A stretch of DNA of 63,249 bases, filler included, from Octopus bimaculoides (GCF_001194135.2; 5 parts of 5 records of this genome joined end to end with filler, not necessarily neighbours in it); one strand, 5' to 3'. Shown: positions 1 through 14,509, counted from the whole stretch's first letter. Notes: generated from the sequence alone by a model not told the origin. Program-made: numbers and translations.

Positions 1-519
1 TTAATGCATGGGCACATTGGGTAGTTGCCCAGTTCTGATCTATGTATGCTTGGCCTTCTTTTCAATAAATAAATACTAAAGGGCCCAGTTCACTGATTCG
101 CCCAAGAGCCGGCAATGCTACTAAGACGGCCTTGGAAACGTTCCGAAACTAACCAGTTACATATGGTGCAAAACTGATACAGCAGCAAATTTTTAAGCAA
201 TCAAAAGTTATTTAGAAAAAAAAAAAAACGTTTTATCTCTCAAAAGATGAAGAGCAGTGACCTCGAACTATTCGGACTTAAACCTCTCTTTTCCCCCACG
301 ACAACAGAACTTTGAGCCCACTCTGGTTAACGAACATTTCCTATTTAATATTTCCGTTTCTTATAACCAATATTTTAGGTCATGTAATCAGTTTTGTAGG
401 TGTTTCTGTCATCTATAATGGGCAGCGCTTCTCTTAGGACCCCAAACAGAAACGGGTTCAACAAAATATCGCTAGTTGAGAATGGTGCACGGTTCAGTGT
501 CAAAAGAATGTAATAATAG

Positions 520-1070
520 AACGGTTGAGATATTACGGGTTTTTACCAATGCTGACACATTGTGAACAATGTGGTAGTGATCTTACTGAAGGACAAAACT
601 CAAAAGGTGTAGATAAAATTTGCTACAGGTGCACAGCTAGGGAGTGCTGGTCCCATTTGAAAGGGTAGTTTTTTGCGGCGGGAGGATTCTGAAAAGTAGC
701 ATTTAGAACTCTAACAAGTTCTTGGTTTAACCTATTTGTAGGATTCATACATTGAATCATATCGGGGGTTGTCCGAAAACATTTCGTGCATGAGCTCGCA
801 ATTAAGAGCAACAGTACGATGGTTGACTGCAATTAATACTGCGGCGGTGTACCTGTGGAATGCTTTCACCGAAATCCTGAAATAATTGGAGGATCAAGAA
901 TTGTTGAAATTAAAGAATCTTTGTTAGTGTTTGATAAAGAGAAGTGGATCTTTGGAGATTATGAATCTAGAAGAAAAGGTTTCCTGATCCCTGTTGTAAA
1001 TAGAAATGCTGAGTCACTCTTATCGAGGACCATCTTGCCGAATTTATGGGGATCCAGAAACTTGGTGAAG
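520..1070 (+). mobile_element. Decayed Merlin (IS1595/ISXO2-like) DDE transposase
   Basis: Across frameshifts it reads RLRYYGFLPMLTHCEQCGSD...CYRCTAREC (Zn ribbon), KGSFF, STMVDCN*YCGGVPVECFHRNPEIIGGSRIVEIKES...KWIFG..ESRRKGFLIPVVNRNAESLL. The catalytic EIDES motif is altered to EIKES. Confidence 0.8.
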
Positions 1071-3349
1071 ACTCCTTTTTCAATTTTTGGAACTAAGTTG
1101 GCACTTCTGTTTATTCTTTGTTATTCATGACTTTTAACAAATTTCATTTGTCATTTACAACGGACGATGTATTTTGTTAAGACATATTTCACTGTATTTT
1201 CATATTTCTAATAAATTTTACAAGGTTTTCAGTTATTACAAGATTCGCCGCTTTATCTTTTCAATTTTATCACCAGTGGTTTGTTCTTGTGGTCATACAC
1301 TATCTCACTAAAAGGGAGGTCACTCTTCCTAAACAAGAGAATTACATTTCTTTTTAATTTTCCAAAAAAATACAAATTGGATCACCCTGTATTTTAAACG
1401 TATTTCAACTACGGCTATCTCGTATACTCCTTTAAAAACAAAATTCTAAGCATGACTATTTCTTCTTAATCCAAAATCTCTCCAAGCTGCACCTTACTAT
1501 TTTTATTTGAAAGAATACATTAAATAGTGCAGTCCATTATACGCAACCTGAAAAATTTATGAACTTTATTGCTCCAAACAAACTACAAAAGTCTTATATT
1601 GATTGCAATTTTTAGCGCAGGGCCAGTTATTTCGGGGCAGAGATAAATCGATCAAATCGACACCAGAGCTCAATTGGTACTTATTTTATCGACCCCGAAA
1701 GGGCATAGCTACACAAGTGTGCCTCCCCTCCCGATTTTCTTTTCTCATAACTTCCAGAAAAACGTATTTTTTAATGACATTTTCTGCAAATACGCATCAG
1801 ATGGTGCAGATTATAATTATATCGGAATTGAATATGAAAAACTTTTTCTGAGGGGAGTTTTAGAAGATTCACACGAGTTAGCTTTGTTTCCTCACATCTT
1901 TCAGAAAAATAGGTATTTGTTTTGAAATTTCAGAATGTGTAGATTACGGTTATATCGGAATTTAATATTCATTTATTTGTTTCAGTCATTTGACTGCGGC
2001 CATGCTGGAGCACCACCTTTAGTCAAACAAATCGACCCCAGAACTTATTCTTTGTAAGCCTAGTACTTATTCTATCGGCCTCTATTGCTGAACCGCTAAG
2101 TTACGGGGACGTAAACACACCAACATCTGTTGTCAAGCGATGGTGTGCAGACAAGCACACACACACACACACACACACACGCACGCACATACTTCCCGAG
2201 GCAATAGTAGAGGACACTTGCCAAAGGTGCCACGCAGTCGGACTGAACCCGGAACCATCTTGTTCGTAAGCAAGCTACTTATCACACAGCCACTCCTGCG
2301 CCTAAAAAAAAAGAAAAAAGAAAATGGTGGACTCATTGGCATGCATGCTAACACACATCGCAATTATTATTACCATTACTTGGCCTGGTTTCTAGTCTAG
2401 ATGTGCTTCCGAACGTTAACTATTTATCAGAGAGTACTGGGAGCTGATTTTTGCGTGGCACTGGCACCAGTGAAGTCGTCATGTAACTCCCAAGACAATA
2501 AAACTCACCTGAGGGGTGTAGTTTTGAAGCAGGTGGCTTTATACCAGATGGAATGTTACAGTTCACATACATACATGCATTACGTACACACACACTGGAA
2601 AGTTAGTATACACACACACGCCATCATTATCGTTTAAAGTCTGTCCTCCATGGGCTTGATGGTTCAAGAGACTGACGTTTCAAAGGACTAGATACAGCTC
2701 CAATATCTGCTTTGGTATAGCTACTATGACTGGATGCCCTTCCTAACACCAACTACTTTACAGAGTATACTGGGGTCCTTTTTTACGTGACACCAGTGCT
2801 AGAGAAATTGACAAGTAACTTTCAGAACAGAACCCTTTCAACTCAGTGTGGATGCCCCATTGAAGGAAGTGGCTTTGTACCGAGTATTGAGAAGCGTCGG
2901 TGTAGTAGACGGAGATACATGAATGTCCCTGCTGCAAAGGGATAAAGGATGGCAGAGATTAAACGAATAGCCTCAAGGTATATGCATTGAATTTGTTTCA
3001 ATTTGAAGTGTATAAAAATATTTTGTTTGCATATGTAATTAAATGTTCGTCCTTAATAAACTGAAATTTCACATTTTTCAGGAAGTACATTTGTTACTGC
3101 AATTGTATCAGAATATTTCAAAGGGGGATGCAGTGCAGTCTCAGTCCAGAAGATCTATGACCAAAGGTGTTCCAGCCATGTCTATCCAGTCTTAGAACTA
3201 ATGTTTCTAGGTTTAGCAATTATCTTTTATTCAAAATATGAACAGGAATATATTTAACAAAAGAAAAATAAGGGAAAAAAGGGAGAAAGAAAGAAAATCA
3301 AAGCAGCACCAAGTGCTTCAATTGGTCGCATACCACAAGGTTTAACGGA

Positions 3350-3510
3350 ACCTACTGAAGCAAGCATCACCACGGACGATGGCGAAGCTAAGGCGTTGGA
3401 AAAATCAAGCATCCACAAAGGCATCTTCCTTTTGTTTCAAGATGATCTAACAATTCGTTTAAAGGCTAACTCCTTGACAAGTTTTCGTGAAGAAAACCCT
3501 ACAGATTAGC
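3350..3510 (-). mobile_element. Possible CRE/RLE-type C-terminal remnant
   Basis: LVKELA..R and FFQRLSFAIVRGDA resemble the QRIS.AIQRGNA motif. The match is short and frameshifted. Confidence 0.35.
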
Positions 3511-4539
3511 CGAGATTGGTAGTAATGATAGCAGTGGTATAATTATCTTTCAGGTTAATACAGCTGAAACTGCAGTTGCATGAAGTCTTGTGGTTATTGA
3601 AAGAATTTTTTTTTTTATCTATATCTCCAGAAGTAGTCGTTAAAAATTTCTCAAATCAGACACTATTGACCAATGTACTTTTAAATTTACAAAAAGAGGA
3701 CGGGTTTGTTATGACTGAAACGCCTTTGATTGTAAGTCTGTTCAACTAGGATTGACATTAAGCAAAATCACGAAAGTAATTGTCAATCGGTGGCATTGAC
3801 AAGGGAGATCATTCTGAACACCTTAACGGTCTAATTTAAAATGTTTCTTTCAGCAAAATTGTGTTCACAACGCCCAGCATTTATTTTATAGCGTGATTTT
3901 TAAAAATGTTCAAGGCTCGTTGTGAGTTCATATAATATAATTATTTTCGATGTCATATATTCAAGAGGTGGGAAAAAAAACTTAAATATATGATGATGAT
4001 GATCTTTGTAAGATATTTTTTTAAATTCATTATCTCCCCTGCTTCTTTTTCACAAAACGAGGACGTTATATTCTCCTTTCCTTAGCAATTTAGATCTTTA
4101 TGGTACTTATTTTAGGACTTACCCACCAAAAAGGGTGACAACTGTCGGGAATGATACAGTACTGGACCAAAAACTATAGTATTTAGTTACATTAAGTGTT
4201 CCTACGTTGCCAGTTTCAACTCTGCCATCCCTAAGGGGTTGTTAAACTACCATTCAAGTATTATGATAGATTAGAACGATTACATAGACACATGTCGCCA
4301 AGACGTGAGATTGTGCCTGTGTAATGATTTTAATGTTCTTTCGGGGACATGAACAGTAAGTTTTTAACTAAGACCATAAAAAGATGAAACCAAATAGCAT
4401 CTGATATTCAGTCTCTTATTTTACCATTTCTGTTAATTCTCATGACCTTGTCTTAATAGTAATGGATTCTTTTTTTAATTGGGACAGCTAGACTTCTACC
4501 AAAGAAGTTTTTAATTTCGTGAACGCCCGTCTCACAAAA

Positions 4540-4900
4540 TATCAGATGGTGACTAGTACTGGTACAGCATTTAGTCAAATGGGTGTGGTACAGTGGCATT
4601 TTCTTGATATGAATGGTGCTCATGTTGAGAATAGTAAATGATTCAGCTTCAACTCAAGCAGCATTGGTGTGGGATAAATGTGGAAGCAATGAGGCATCAT
4701 AAGTGTTGATTTCATGAGGATAACTTCAGAGAAGGCAGAGTTCAGATATATGCTTTCTAAGCTAGAGGATAGAGGTAGCAGATTTATTTGGGGGAATGGA
4801 ACTTTGAACCAGAGAAGCTGGAAGCCATTGTTGCTGAAATCCAGGAGAGAGAGCTGAAATACAAGCAGAGTGGAGTCTACATATGCACAAACACCACCTT
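4540..4900 (-). mobile_element. Highly decayed CR1/Zenon-like endonuclease fragment
   Basis: Motifs GGVCAYV, FQLLWFKV, SEVIL and HTNAA*VEAESFTILN appear in shifting frames. Confidence 0.45.
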
Positions 4901-5599
4901 CTGGAGAAAAATATGAGTAAATCTTTTCATAAAAATAGTAAATTGGGCACCAGGATAATTGATATTATAAGCCAGAAATTTTAATCAATTAAAATTACAC
5001 CTTTAATGATTAGAACATTCATTTTTCTAAATGACTAATTCTGACAAAAAAAAATATACAAGTAGAGACAACCACAAAATCTTAATTAAATACAAAGTAC
5101 TATACAGTAATTCTCTATGTCAGTACAAATATGTTTTATCCTCAAAAACTGAGATTTCATATTTGACTTAATTATATGATATGGATAATTGGAAATATTG
5201 TTCATTTCAGTAAACAGTGTCATTCTCTATTTATTACAAATCATATCACACTCTTCTTCTTAATAATAATAATATTAATCCTTTCTAAAATAGACACAAG
5301 GCCAGGAACTCTGCAGGAGTGGGTCAGTCCATCCCATCAACCCCAGAACTTAATTGGTACTTATTTTATCGACCCTGAAAGGATGAAAAGCAAAGTTGAC
5401 CTTGGCAGAATTCAAACTCAGAACATAGAGATGGCTGAAATGCTGCTTAAGCATTTTGCCTGGTGTGCTAATGATTCTACCTCTGCTGCTCAATACTACA
5501 GATTTGTTTGTCAATTGTTTCACAACCAGTTGAGCATGTCCCTTGGTGACTGACAATATGTGCCTCTCTGATCACAAGCAGAAGTAGTTGGGGAGCATC

Positions 5600-6035
5600 A
5601 TAGCCACATGTTGAGAGGAATTCTTTGGGATTTGAATAATTCACCTCCAGAAGCATGGGTGTTTCGTTCAAAATCCTTAAACAAATTTTATTCAGGGACC
5701 TTTTGAGTGGGGTGGGCTACTCGACCTGAAGAAAATTTTAACTGGACTCCACCTGCAAGGTCATGCGTTGTTTATCTTATGGTTGTGATGCATATGCCTG
5801 GTGTACCCTTATCAGACAGGTAGTCATGATAGGTATATTGGGCTTTACTCTTTTACTCTTTTGTTTCAGTCATTTGACCGCGGCCATGCTGGAGCACCGC
5901 CTTCAGTCGAGCAAATTGACCCCAGGACTTATTCTTTGTAAGCCTAGTACTTATTCAATCGGTCTCTTTTGCTGAACCGCATTTTACCCCAGTGTCACTT
6001 TGACTGCATGCACTGCTCTCTCACTCAACAATAAT
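5600..6035 (+). mobile_element. AAT-tailed retroposon 3' end (family E), interrupted by a SINE B 3' fragment at about 5850-5980
   Basis: 5760-5847 plus 5982-6035 join up to match the uninterrupted reverse-complement copy at 57468-57649. Confidence 0.7.
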
Positions 6036-8999
6036 AAAAACTCAATGTTTTTTTCATTTTTTCCCTTTATTTGGTTTCCAGCGAAATAAGAAAAGTCGTT
6101 CATACAAAGTCTGTAGGATATTTTTTTTTCCTTTTCACTTAGTGAAAAAACAAAAATAAAAATTGAATTAATAAAAATATTTTAATAATAATAATAATAA
6201 TAAAGGGGAAAAACAATTAAACAGAAACTACATATAAATTGTTCTTTTAAAAATATTGAGAACATTGGAATTTTTTTTTTTTTTTTTTTTNNNNNNNNNN
6301 NNNNNNNNNNNNNNNNNNNNNNNNNNNNNNNNNNNNNNNNNNNNNNNNNNNNNNNNNNNNNNNNNNNNNNNNNNNNNNNNNNNNNNNNNNNNNNNNNNNN
6401 NNNNNNNNNNNNNNNNNNNNNNNNNNNNNNNNNNNNNNNNNNNNNNNNNNNNNNNNNNNNNNNNNNNNNNNNNNNNNNNNNNNNNNNNNNNNNNNNNNNN
6501 NNNNNNNNNNNNNNNNNNNNNNNNNNNNNNNNNNNNNNNNNNNNNNNNNNNNNNNNNNNNNNNNNNNNNNNNNNNNNNNNNNNNNNNNNNNNNNNNNNNN
6601 NNNNNNNNNNNNNNNNNNNNNNNNNNNNNNNNNNNNNNNNNNNNNNNNNNNNNNNNNNNNNNNNNNNNNNNNNNNNNNNNNNNNNNNNNNNNNNNNNNNN
6701 NNNNNNNNNNNNNNNNNNNNNNNNNNNNNNNNNNNNNNNNNNNNNNNNNNNNNNNNNNNNNNNNNNNNNNNNNNNNNNNNNNNNNNNNNNNNNNNNNNNN
6801 NNNNNNNNNNNNNNNNNNNNNNNNNNNNNNNNNNNNNNNNNNNNNNNNNNNNNNNNNNNNNNNNNNNNNNNNNNNNNNNNNNNNNNNNNNNNNNNNNNNN
6901 NNNNNNNNNNNNNNNNNNNNNNNNNNNNNNNNNNNNNNNNNNNNNNNNNNNNNNNNNNNNNNNNNNNNNNNNNNNNNNNNNNNNNNNNNNNNNNNNNNNN
7001 NNNNNNNNNNNNNNNNNNNNNNNNNNNNNNNNNNNNNNNNNNNNNNNNNNNNNNNNNNNNNNNNNNNNNNNNNNNNNNNNNNNNNNNNNNNNNNNNNNNN
7101 NNNNNNNNNNNNNNNNNNNNNNNNNNNNNNNNNNNNNNNNNNNNNNNNNNNNNNNNNNNNNNNAGAAACTGGGCTGTAGAATTGGTTAGCAGGAGACTAA
7201 GTCTTGCTTGTAGTACTCACCACTGATTACCATTTCACATATATATATAATTTCAAAAATTAAGAAAATGCATCAAAAACAAAATATCATGCCAAAAAAT
7301 ATATATACATATGTAGAAATCACTAGAAAAATTGGTCCTTTTTAATTCATTTCCAAATAAAAACAAAAATAATTTTAAATTTTAAAAAAATTAAAAAATG
7401 CACCAAACATACACATGGAGCATATATTATACTACATACTTGACTATTTTACATGTAAAGTAAACAGTAGGATCCAAGCATACTAGTGGTGGTCTACATT
7501 TGCAATTAGCAAGTATAAACAGTTTAATCCAATGAAGGGTATTTTTCAAAATGCAGGACTTCCTCTTCTTCAAGCAAAACAATTTACTTCACTTTTGAAC
7601 TGTAAATTAAACATGGCTAAATCATTGCAGAATACTACTGTTATATCATTTATCGGTCCCAGAGCAAATTTTATTCTGGTGAGGTTAGAGTTAGTATATA
7701 GTAGCTCAAAATTAAATGCTGTAAAGTATATAGTTTTGCACCATTTCTAAACTCACCTTTCTTAAAAGAGGAAAAATAATTTGCAACATTTTCCCTTCTA
7801 TTTTTATAAAGTTCAAATATTCATAAGAATTAAGACAGAGAGTTATATGCAGTAGCATAAGTGGTTATAATTTCAGGGCATAGTTTTGTTTCTTATTGCT
7901 ATAAGAAATATGTAAATGAGTCCAAGAGCTTTAATCAGCTATTTATTATTTATAGCTGAATTTGCTTCAAGACTTATTTACCAATTCTGGTTTAACTTAA
8001 TTAATTATAATGCTACAGAGGTGATCAGCAGCCTCTGAAATAAGATGATAGAATCAAGTAACTAGTAAATTTATTCTATAAAACTATACCTGATAAGACC
8101 CATGGTATTGGGGTAACCAACTGAATCTTTGAGAAAACATTCCAAATATATTAGATGTATTAATTAAAAAAAAATCACATTGCTGCTTCACTGCTTGGAA
8201 GACATGGAAAGCATACTATCCTAAATTTTATAACTGAAAAAAAAAATGTTATCCCTATTTTGAAAACAGTAAAATGTGGATGCAAATTTGAACAAGTTGA
8301 GAGATAACATTGAAACTTTTTGTTAGTTTAGATAAAATAACATGTGATGTGAGGATATTGTCATCTACAGATCCTATCCACTTTGTTGCTGAACCCAGAC
8401 CTTACTGTTTAACAACTGTAGAGTTCACTGTTTGTACATCACTCCAAAGAAAAATTTCCATATTGAAGATTTTCACCTTTTGATTTTGGTCCCAAATATA
8501 ATTGGCATCTAGGCCTTTGACACAAGCTCCCTCATTTGGAAAAATTCTTTCATCACTTTGACAGAGAGTGAACTCAGTAATTTATTACTGAGTGTGCCCC
8601 TACATTAACATATCTCACTCTTGTCTTTGGTCCCATATCTACACCTGCCAATATCTTGTAATAAATATGTCCCATAATCCTTGACATTGAATAATTCTTC
8701 CATTTTCATTTTCACTCATGCTTTGCTCTATTAATAATTGCATAAGTTCCTAAGTTTAAAAAAAAAAAAAAATACCACACCTTTGGTCCCTGATCAGGTA
8801 CTGGCCTAGATTCTTTTGACTACTTACACTTACCCATCTTCCAAGATCTCAAATGAATGAAAATTTCTCCAGATGAATGTCCCCTTCTTTGAGAAAAAGA
8901 AACAAAACAACAAAAAGAAAACACTATTAAACTAAACATGCGTTTAATTCTACAATTTTGACTATATGTAAAAATAAGGATTTCTAACACAGGCACAAA

Positions 9000-10361
9000 G
9001 TCACACATTTTAGGGAGGAGCATATCTGATTTATTGGTCCCCAGTAATTGACTTCTACTTATTTTATTGACCCTGGGAAGATGAAAAGCAAACTTAACTG
9101 CGTGGGATTAGAATTCAAAACATAGAAGGGAAGTAACTTAAAGCCACAACGTAATTTGTTTGTATGACTCTACTGATTCTGCGATACATATAATAATAAT
9201 AATAATGGTTTCAAATTCTGGTACAAGGCCAGCAATTTCAGGGAATGGGGTAAGTTAATTACATTAATTAGTGTGCTCAGCTGGTACTTATTTCATCAAC
9301 ACCAAAAGGATAAAAAGTAAATTCAACCTCAGCAGAATTTCAACTCCAAACGTAAAGACGAATGAAATACTGCTAAGCATTTTGCTCAATGTGCTAACGA
9401 ATCTGCCAGCTCACCACCTTGTATAATAATAATGATAATACTAATTGTTTCAAACTTAGGTACAGGGTCAATAATTTTTGAAAAGAGGAAGAGGATTTAG
9501 TGAATACCAATGTCCTCCCGTACATGAGTATGAGTAATACTTTACTTTATCAACTCCCAGAAGAATGAAAGGAAAAAAACTGACCTCAGTGGAATTTCAA
9601 CTCGGAATACAAAGGAATGTAACTAAATACCACAAGGGATTTTGTCTGATGCTCTCACCATTCAACCAATCCAATAAATAAGGGTGAGCATACTTTTGCA
9701 AAAGAGAAACGGGCATGATACTTAAATTTGCAGAGGATGAAGAAAAAAAAGGAGACAGCATCTACATTTTATATTCAAATATCATCATCATCATCATCAT
9801 CCTCATTATCATCACATTACTCAATTTCACATCCATTTTTCTATACTGGCATGGGTTGTTTGGGTCTTAAGAGCTTGATTTTGAACTGCCTCATGAGACT
9901 GTGGTTGAAGTTTATTGTCCTTTCTGTTTAATGCCATTCACATTGCTAACAATTTTGACAGAGTGACCCTGTTTTTGTTTTTTTTTAAATTTTATTTTTT
10001 GAAATTTTTTTTTTTTTACATTATAACACCAGTAGCACCAGAGAGGACATCTTAAAGGGCCTGAATTTTCTTCACTCCATATTAATTTCAATCACTGAGA
10101 ACGCGCCTAACACAATATACTCTATGTCTGAATACAAAGCAACTACCAAATAAAAAGTGACTCTTTCACCCCCACCTCCACCCAATTATTTTCCCCTTGA
10201 AATTAAAAACCAAACCATTCCACTATTTTTTGGAACCCCCCCCNNNNNNNNNNNNNNNNNNNNNNNNNNNNNNNNNNNNNNNNNNNNNNNNNNNNNNNNN
10301 NNNNNNNNNNGCTATTGTTGACTGTCACCACAAACCAGTATGACCAAACCACAATTTTTGA

Positions 10362-10412
<51 letters not shown>

Positions 10413-11230
10413 TTCTACTATAGGCACAAGGCCTGAAATTTGGGGATGGGTGGGGGCTAGTAGATTACATTGATCCCAGTGCTCAAACTGGTACTTATTT
10501 TATCGACCCCCAAAAAAGGATGAAAGGCAAAGTTGACCTTGCTGGAATTCGAACTCAGAACATAATGAGGTTGAAGAAATGCCACTAAGCATTTTTGCAT
10601 GACACGCTAATGATTCTGCTGGTTTGCCACCGTTTAATAAAAATAAGAAGAAGAAAATAAACAGAAATCATAATGATTCCATCCTTACTGGAGAATAATG
10701 TCAATGTAAACAAAAATTTTCCTATCTATTTAGGGATGCAGTGTACAATGGGCAATCAAAACAGGATGTATCAAATGAAATCAGCACCTCTTTGATTTAG
10801 GAAAAAGTTGAAATAAGCATATAATAATAATAATAAAATCCTTTCTACTATAGGCACACAAGGCCTGAAATTTGGGGGAGGGGATAGTCTATTACATCAA
10901 CCCCTGTACACAACTGGTACTTATTTTATCAACCCTGAAAGGATAAAAGGTAAAGTTGACCTTGGCAGAACTTGAACTCAGAACATGAAGATGGAAGAGA
11001 TGCCACTAAGCATTTTGCCTGGTGCAGTAAAGATTCTACCGACTTGCCACCTTAATAATAATAATCCTTTCTACTATAGGCACAAGGCTTGAAATTTGAA
11101 GGTGGCTGGGACAAGTCGATTACATCGACCCCAGTGTTTCACTGATACTTAATGTATCAACCCTGAAAGGATGAGAGCTAAAGTTAACCTTTAGTGGAAT
11201 TTGAACTCAGAAATAAAGAACCTGAACAAT
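9000..11230 (-). mobile_element. Cluster of six co-oriented family A SINEs separated by (AAT)n
   Basis: Copies at about 9000-9180, 9190-9420, 9440-9665, 10360-10635, 10820-11053 and 11054-11225. Confidence 0.8.
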
Positions 11231-11565
11231 GCAAGTATGTGCTGGCTGCAGCTATTCTTGAGGGAACAGCTTGGAGATGGTTGGGTTCCCCCAGGCAGAT
11301 TTTTCCTAAACTATCTTGCATGAAGACAAGGAAGAGAAACAAATAGAACCAAGAAGGGAAACACATTTTGCTTTTATGAATCAATGATAAAAATTAAAAG
11401 CTTGTACATAATTGTGTGTGTGTGTGTGTGTGTGTGTGTGCATAATTAGAATTTTTAAATAAAATGGCTAAAGTCTTATACAACTAACTTCATGCCAGAC
11501 CATCTGCATTCATCTGTACAAGAAAAGAAAATGTGTATGTGTGCACACACATATATGTAAATGTC

Positions 11566-11610
<45 letters not shown>

Positions 11611-13361
11611 TTATATACATATAGACATGTACATACATACACACGCACTCGTGTGAATGTGTGTGTGTGTATATATGTATATATATATNNNNNNNNNNNN
11701 NNNNNNNNNNNNNNNNNNNNNNNNNNNNNNNNNNNNNNNNNNNNNNNNNNNNNNNNNNNNNNNNNNNNNNNNNNNNNNNNNNNNNNNNNNNNNNNNNNNN
11801 NNNNNNNNNNNNNNNNNNNNNNNNNNNNNNNNNNNNNNNNNNNNNNNNNNNNNNNNNNNNNNNNNNNNNNNNNNNNNNNNNNNNNNNNNNNNNNNNNNNN
11901 NNNNNNNNNNNNNNNNNNNNNNNNNNNNNNNNNNNNNNNNNNNNNNNNNNNNNNNNNNNNNNNNNNNNNNNNNNNNNNNNNNNNNNNNNNNNNNNNNNNN
12001 NNNNNNNNNNNNNNNNNNNNNNNNNNNNNNNNNNNNNNNNNNNNNNNNNNNNNNNNNNNNNNNNNNNNNNNNNNNNNNNNNNNNNNNNNNNNNNNNNNNN
12101 NNNNNNNNNNNNNNNNNNNNNNNNNNNNNNNNNNNNNNTTTTTTTTTTTTTTTTTTAAATTAAAAAAAAAAATTCTGAGACATCCTGGTCTGTCAAGTCT
12201 AAGTAATGAACATCAAAAGACAAAAGGCCCAGTATGGCTTTCCATTTTGGAAAATTGTGGGTCAGAAAAAGGACAAAAAAAGAAAAAGAATAAAAAGAAT
12301 GCATCAGCATGGCCACAGCTCTAAGCTGAAACAATAAAAAAATTAAAAAAAAAAAAAAGGTAATAAAAGAGAATTTGAAAGGGAAAATACATATTTTGTT
12401 TTTATAAAGAATAAACTGAAAGTAATGGGTCTTACAGCAATGAGTCATTATTTGAAAATACAATCACAAATTTATAAAAAGGACTATGACGGTCATAGCC
12501 TTTTCAAGAGCATTAGTGAAATAGCTTCAATCAGCATTGGGTTTGGGGACCTGATTCAACAGAAGCTAACAAAATTTGCTTTACAGCATGCCCACTGCAT
12601 AATAATGATTGAGCACAAGGTCACAACATTTAGGGTGGTCATATAGTCAATTAAATCAATTCCTGTACATAACTGGTACTTATCCTATATCTATCTGGTG
12701 GGGAAGAAAAATATAAAATGTCACCTCTGATGAAATTTAAGTTCAGGATGCAGAGTGAGAAAAAAACTAAATACTACATAACATTTAGTCAAGCTCTCTA
12801 CTAATTCCACTATACTAGTTCTTCAGAGGAAATCTTATTGTGGCTAGAGAGGGTCATTCAACACACTAATTCAAATCAAGATTCTTGCAAACCAAATACA
12901 AAAACCAAGGATTTCTTATTGATTTTTTTTTTTAAATATCAATAAAAAAATGTTATATACAGAATCATATTAATATAAAACATAAACAATTTCTCTTGTA
13001 TGATTTTTATGTAAACCCCCATACTTTATGTAACCTGTCTTCATAATGTTCCTTTCATCCAACATTCCTGTGGCATATTAATATTATTATTATTATTATT
13101 ATTATTGTTGTTGTTGTTGTTCTTGATATTATTATTAACAGAGGTGAAGTTGCAGAAATTGTACAATATTGCATTACTTTTAAAATTTAGTATTGCCCCA
13201 GCGCATGCTATGTAAATTTTCCACCAAAGTGAATTTTGCCCTTTCATAATTCAGGGATTGATTAAAGCAAATACCAGCTGTGTACTGAAGCCAATTCAAC
13301 CAATTTATATATCCGTTCCCCCAAAATCTGTGGACGTGGCATTGAGACAATGTAAAAAAGA

Positions 13362-13398
<37 letters not shown>

Positions 13399-13486
13399 TG
13401 ATAGGACAAGGCAACTGGTAAGAATTGCAAAGCACTAGGTTTAACATCTTTACAATATACAAAATTCAACCTTTTACATTCTGAGT

Positions 13487-13650
13487 TGTGAAGGTGTGTG
13501 GTTCAGCAACTAGGGTGTTGGGCTCTTAATCGTTAGGCTGTGGGTTCAACTCCTGAACTATGCAGTGCATCATGTCCTTGAGCAAGGTACTTCATTTCAC
13601 ACTGTCCCAGTCTACTCAACTGTAAATGAGTGCCAGCCTACTGCTGGTGC
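13487..13650 (+). mobile_element. Old tRNA-head SINE family D
   Basis: TGTGAAGGTGTGTGG..GGGTTCAACTCC..GTCCTTGAGCAAGGTACTTC..CTCAACTGTAAATGAG. A second copy lies at 40855-41068 (-). Confidence 0.7.
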
Positions 13651-14302
13651 AACTCTCTCTCCTTGCAGCTATGACATCATTGATGTTCAGCTGGGTGAAG
13701 TATGGGAAGACAGACAGTGTCAATGTGTCTGCTCACAACTACATGGGAACCTAAAACATATAGCGAAAGCATGGCACAAGCTACCAGGTCAATACTCGCT
13801 TGCAAGTGACAGCTAAACCCAGCACATTCTGAGTTTGAACCGTTTTACATTGCTAGTGAGGGTGATCATGAAAGTAAGTACCAGTCATATTTTATGATTC
13901 AATTAATCAACAATATGGTCCATACCACATTTGCCAAAGAATTAGCTTTGCACCTAGTAAAAATAAATCATTAATTAGAATATCATTATAATTATTATTA
14001 ATATTAATATTAATATCATTAATATTATTACTAATGTGTTTAATTACTCTTGACATGTGGAGTATATGTGTTAGAGAACAAGTTTCAAGTGTTATTTTTT
14101 TTTTCTTTTACTTTTTCAAAATTTTCTTTTCAAATTCTTTCATTTTGGTGAAAAACGATTTCTTTTGAAGCTTAGAAAATAAAATTATCTAACAAAGAAA
14201 AATAGCTTTTTGTGGTTTGCACAAACATTATTTTGAATATAAATAGATACACACATTCATGTGTGTGTATATATATAAACATATACATATATATATATAT
14301 AC

Positions 14303-14350
<48 letters not shown>

Positions 14351-14409
14351 CATTATATATATATACATTATATATAAACATATACATATATATATATATA
14401 CATTATATA

Positions 14410-14509
14410 NNNNNNNNNNNNNNNNNNNNNNNNNNNNNNNNNNNNNNNNNNNNTTAATTAATTAANNNNNNNNNNNNNNNNNNNNNNNNNNNNNNNNNNN
14501 NNNNNNNNN
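14410..14509. other. Assembly join marker: 44 N + TTAATTAATTAA + 44 N (also 28654-28753, 39464-39563, 48402-48501)
   Basis: Four identical 100-bp constructs. The linker is palindromic and has stop codons in all six frames. Confidence 0.95.

Noticed and set aside
249-1328. Possible Merlin TIRs (GAAGAGCAGTGACCTC at 249-264 versus 1316-1328)
   Set aside because: Only about 13 bp with an indel and no TSD, within chance expectation.
2960-3170. Apparent GT-AG intron (2979-3080) joining a short ORF
   Set aside because: The spliced peptide is about 35 aa with no recognisable homology.
9000-11230. Repeats with spacers suggestive of a CRISPR array
   Set aside because: The repeats are ~200-bp diverged SINEs at irregular spacing in a eukaryote, with no cas genes.
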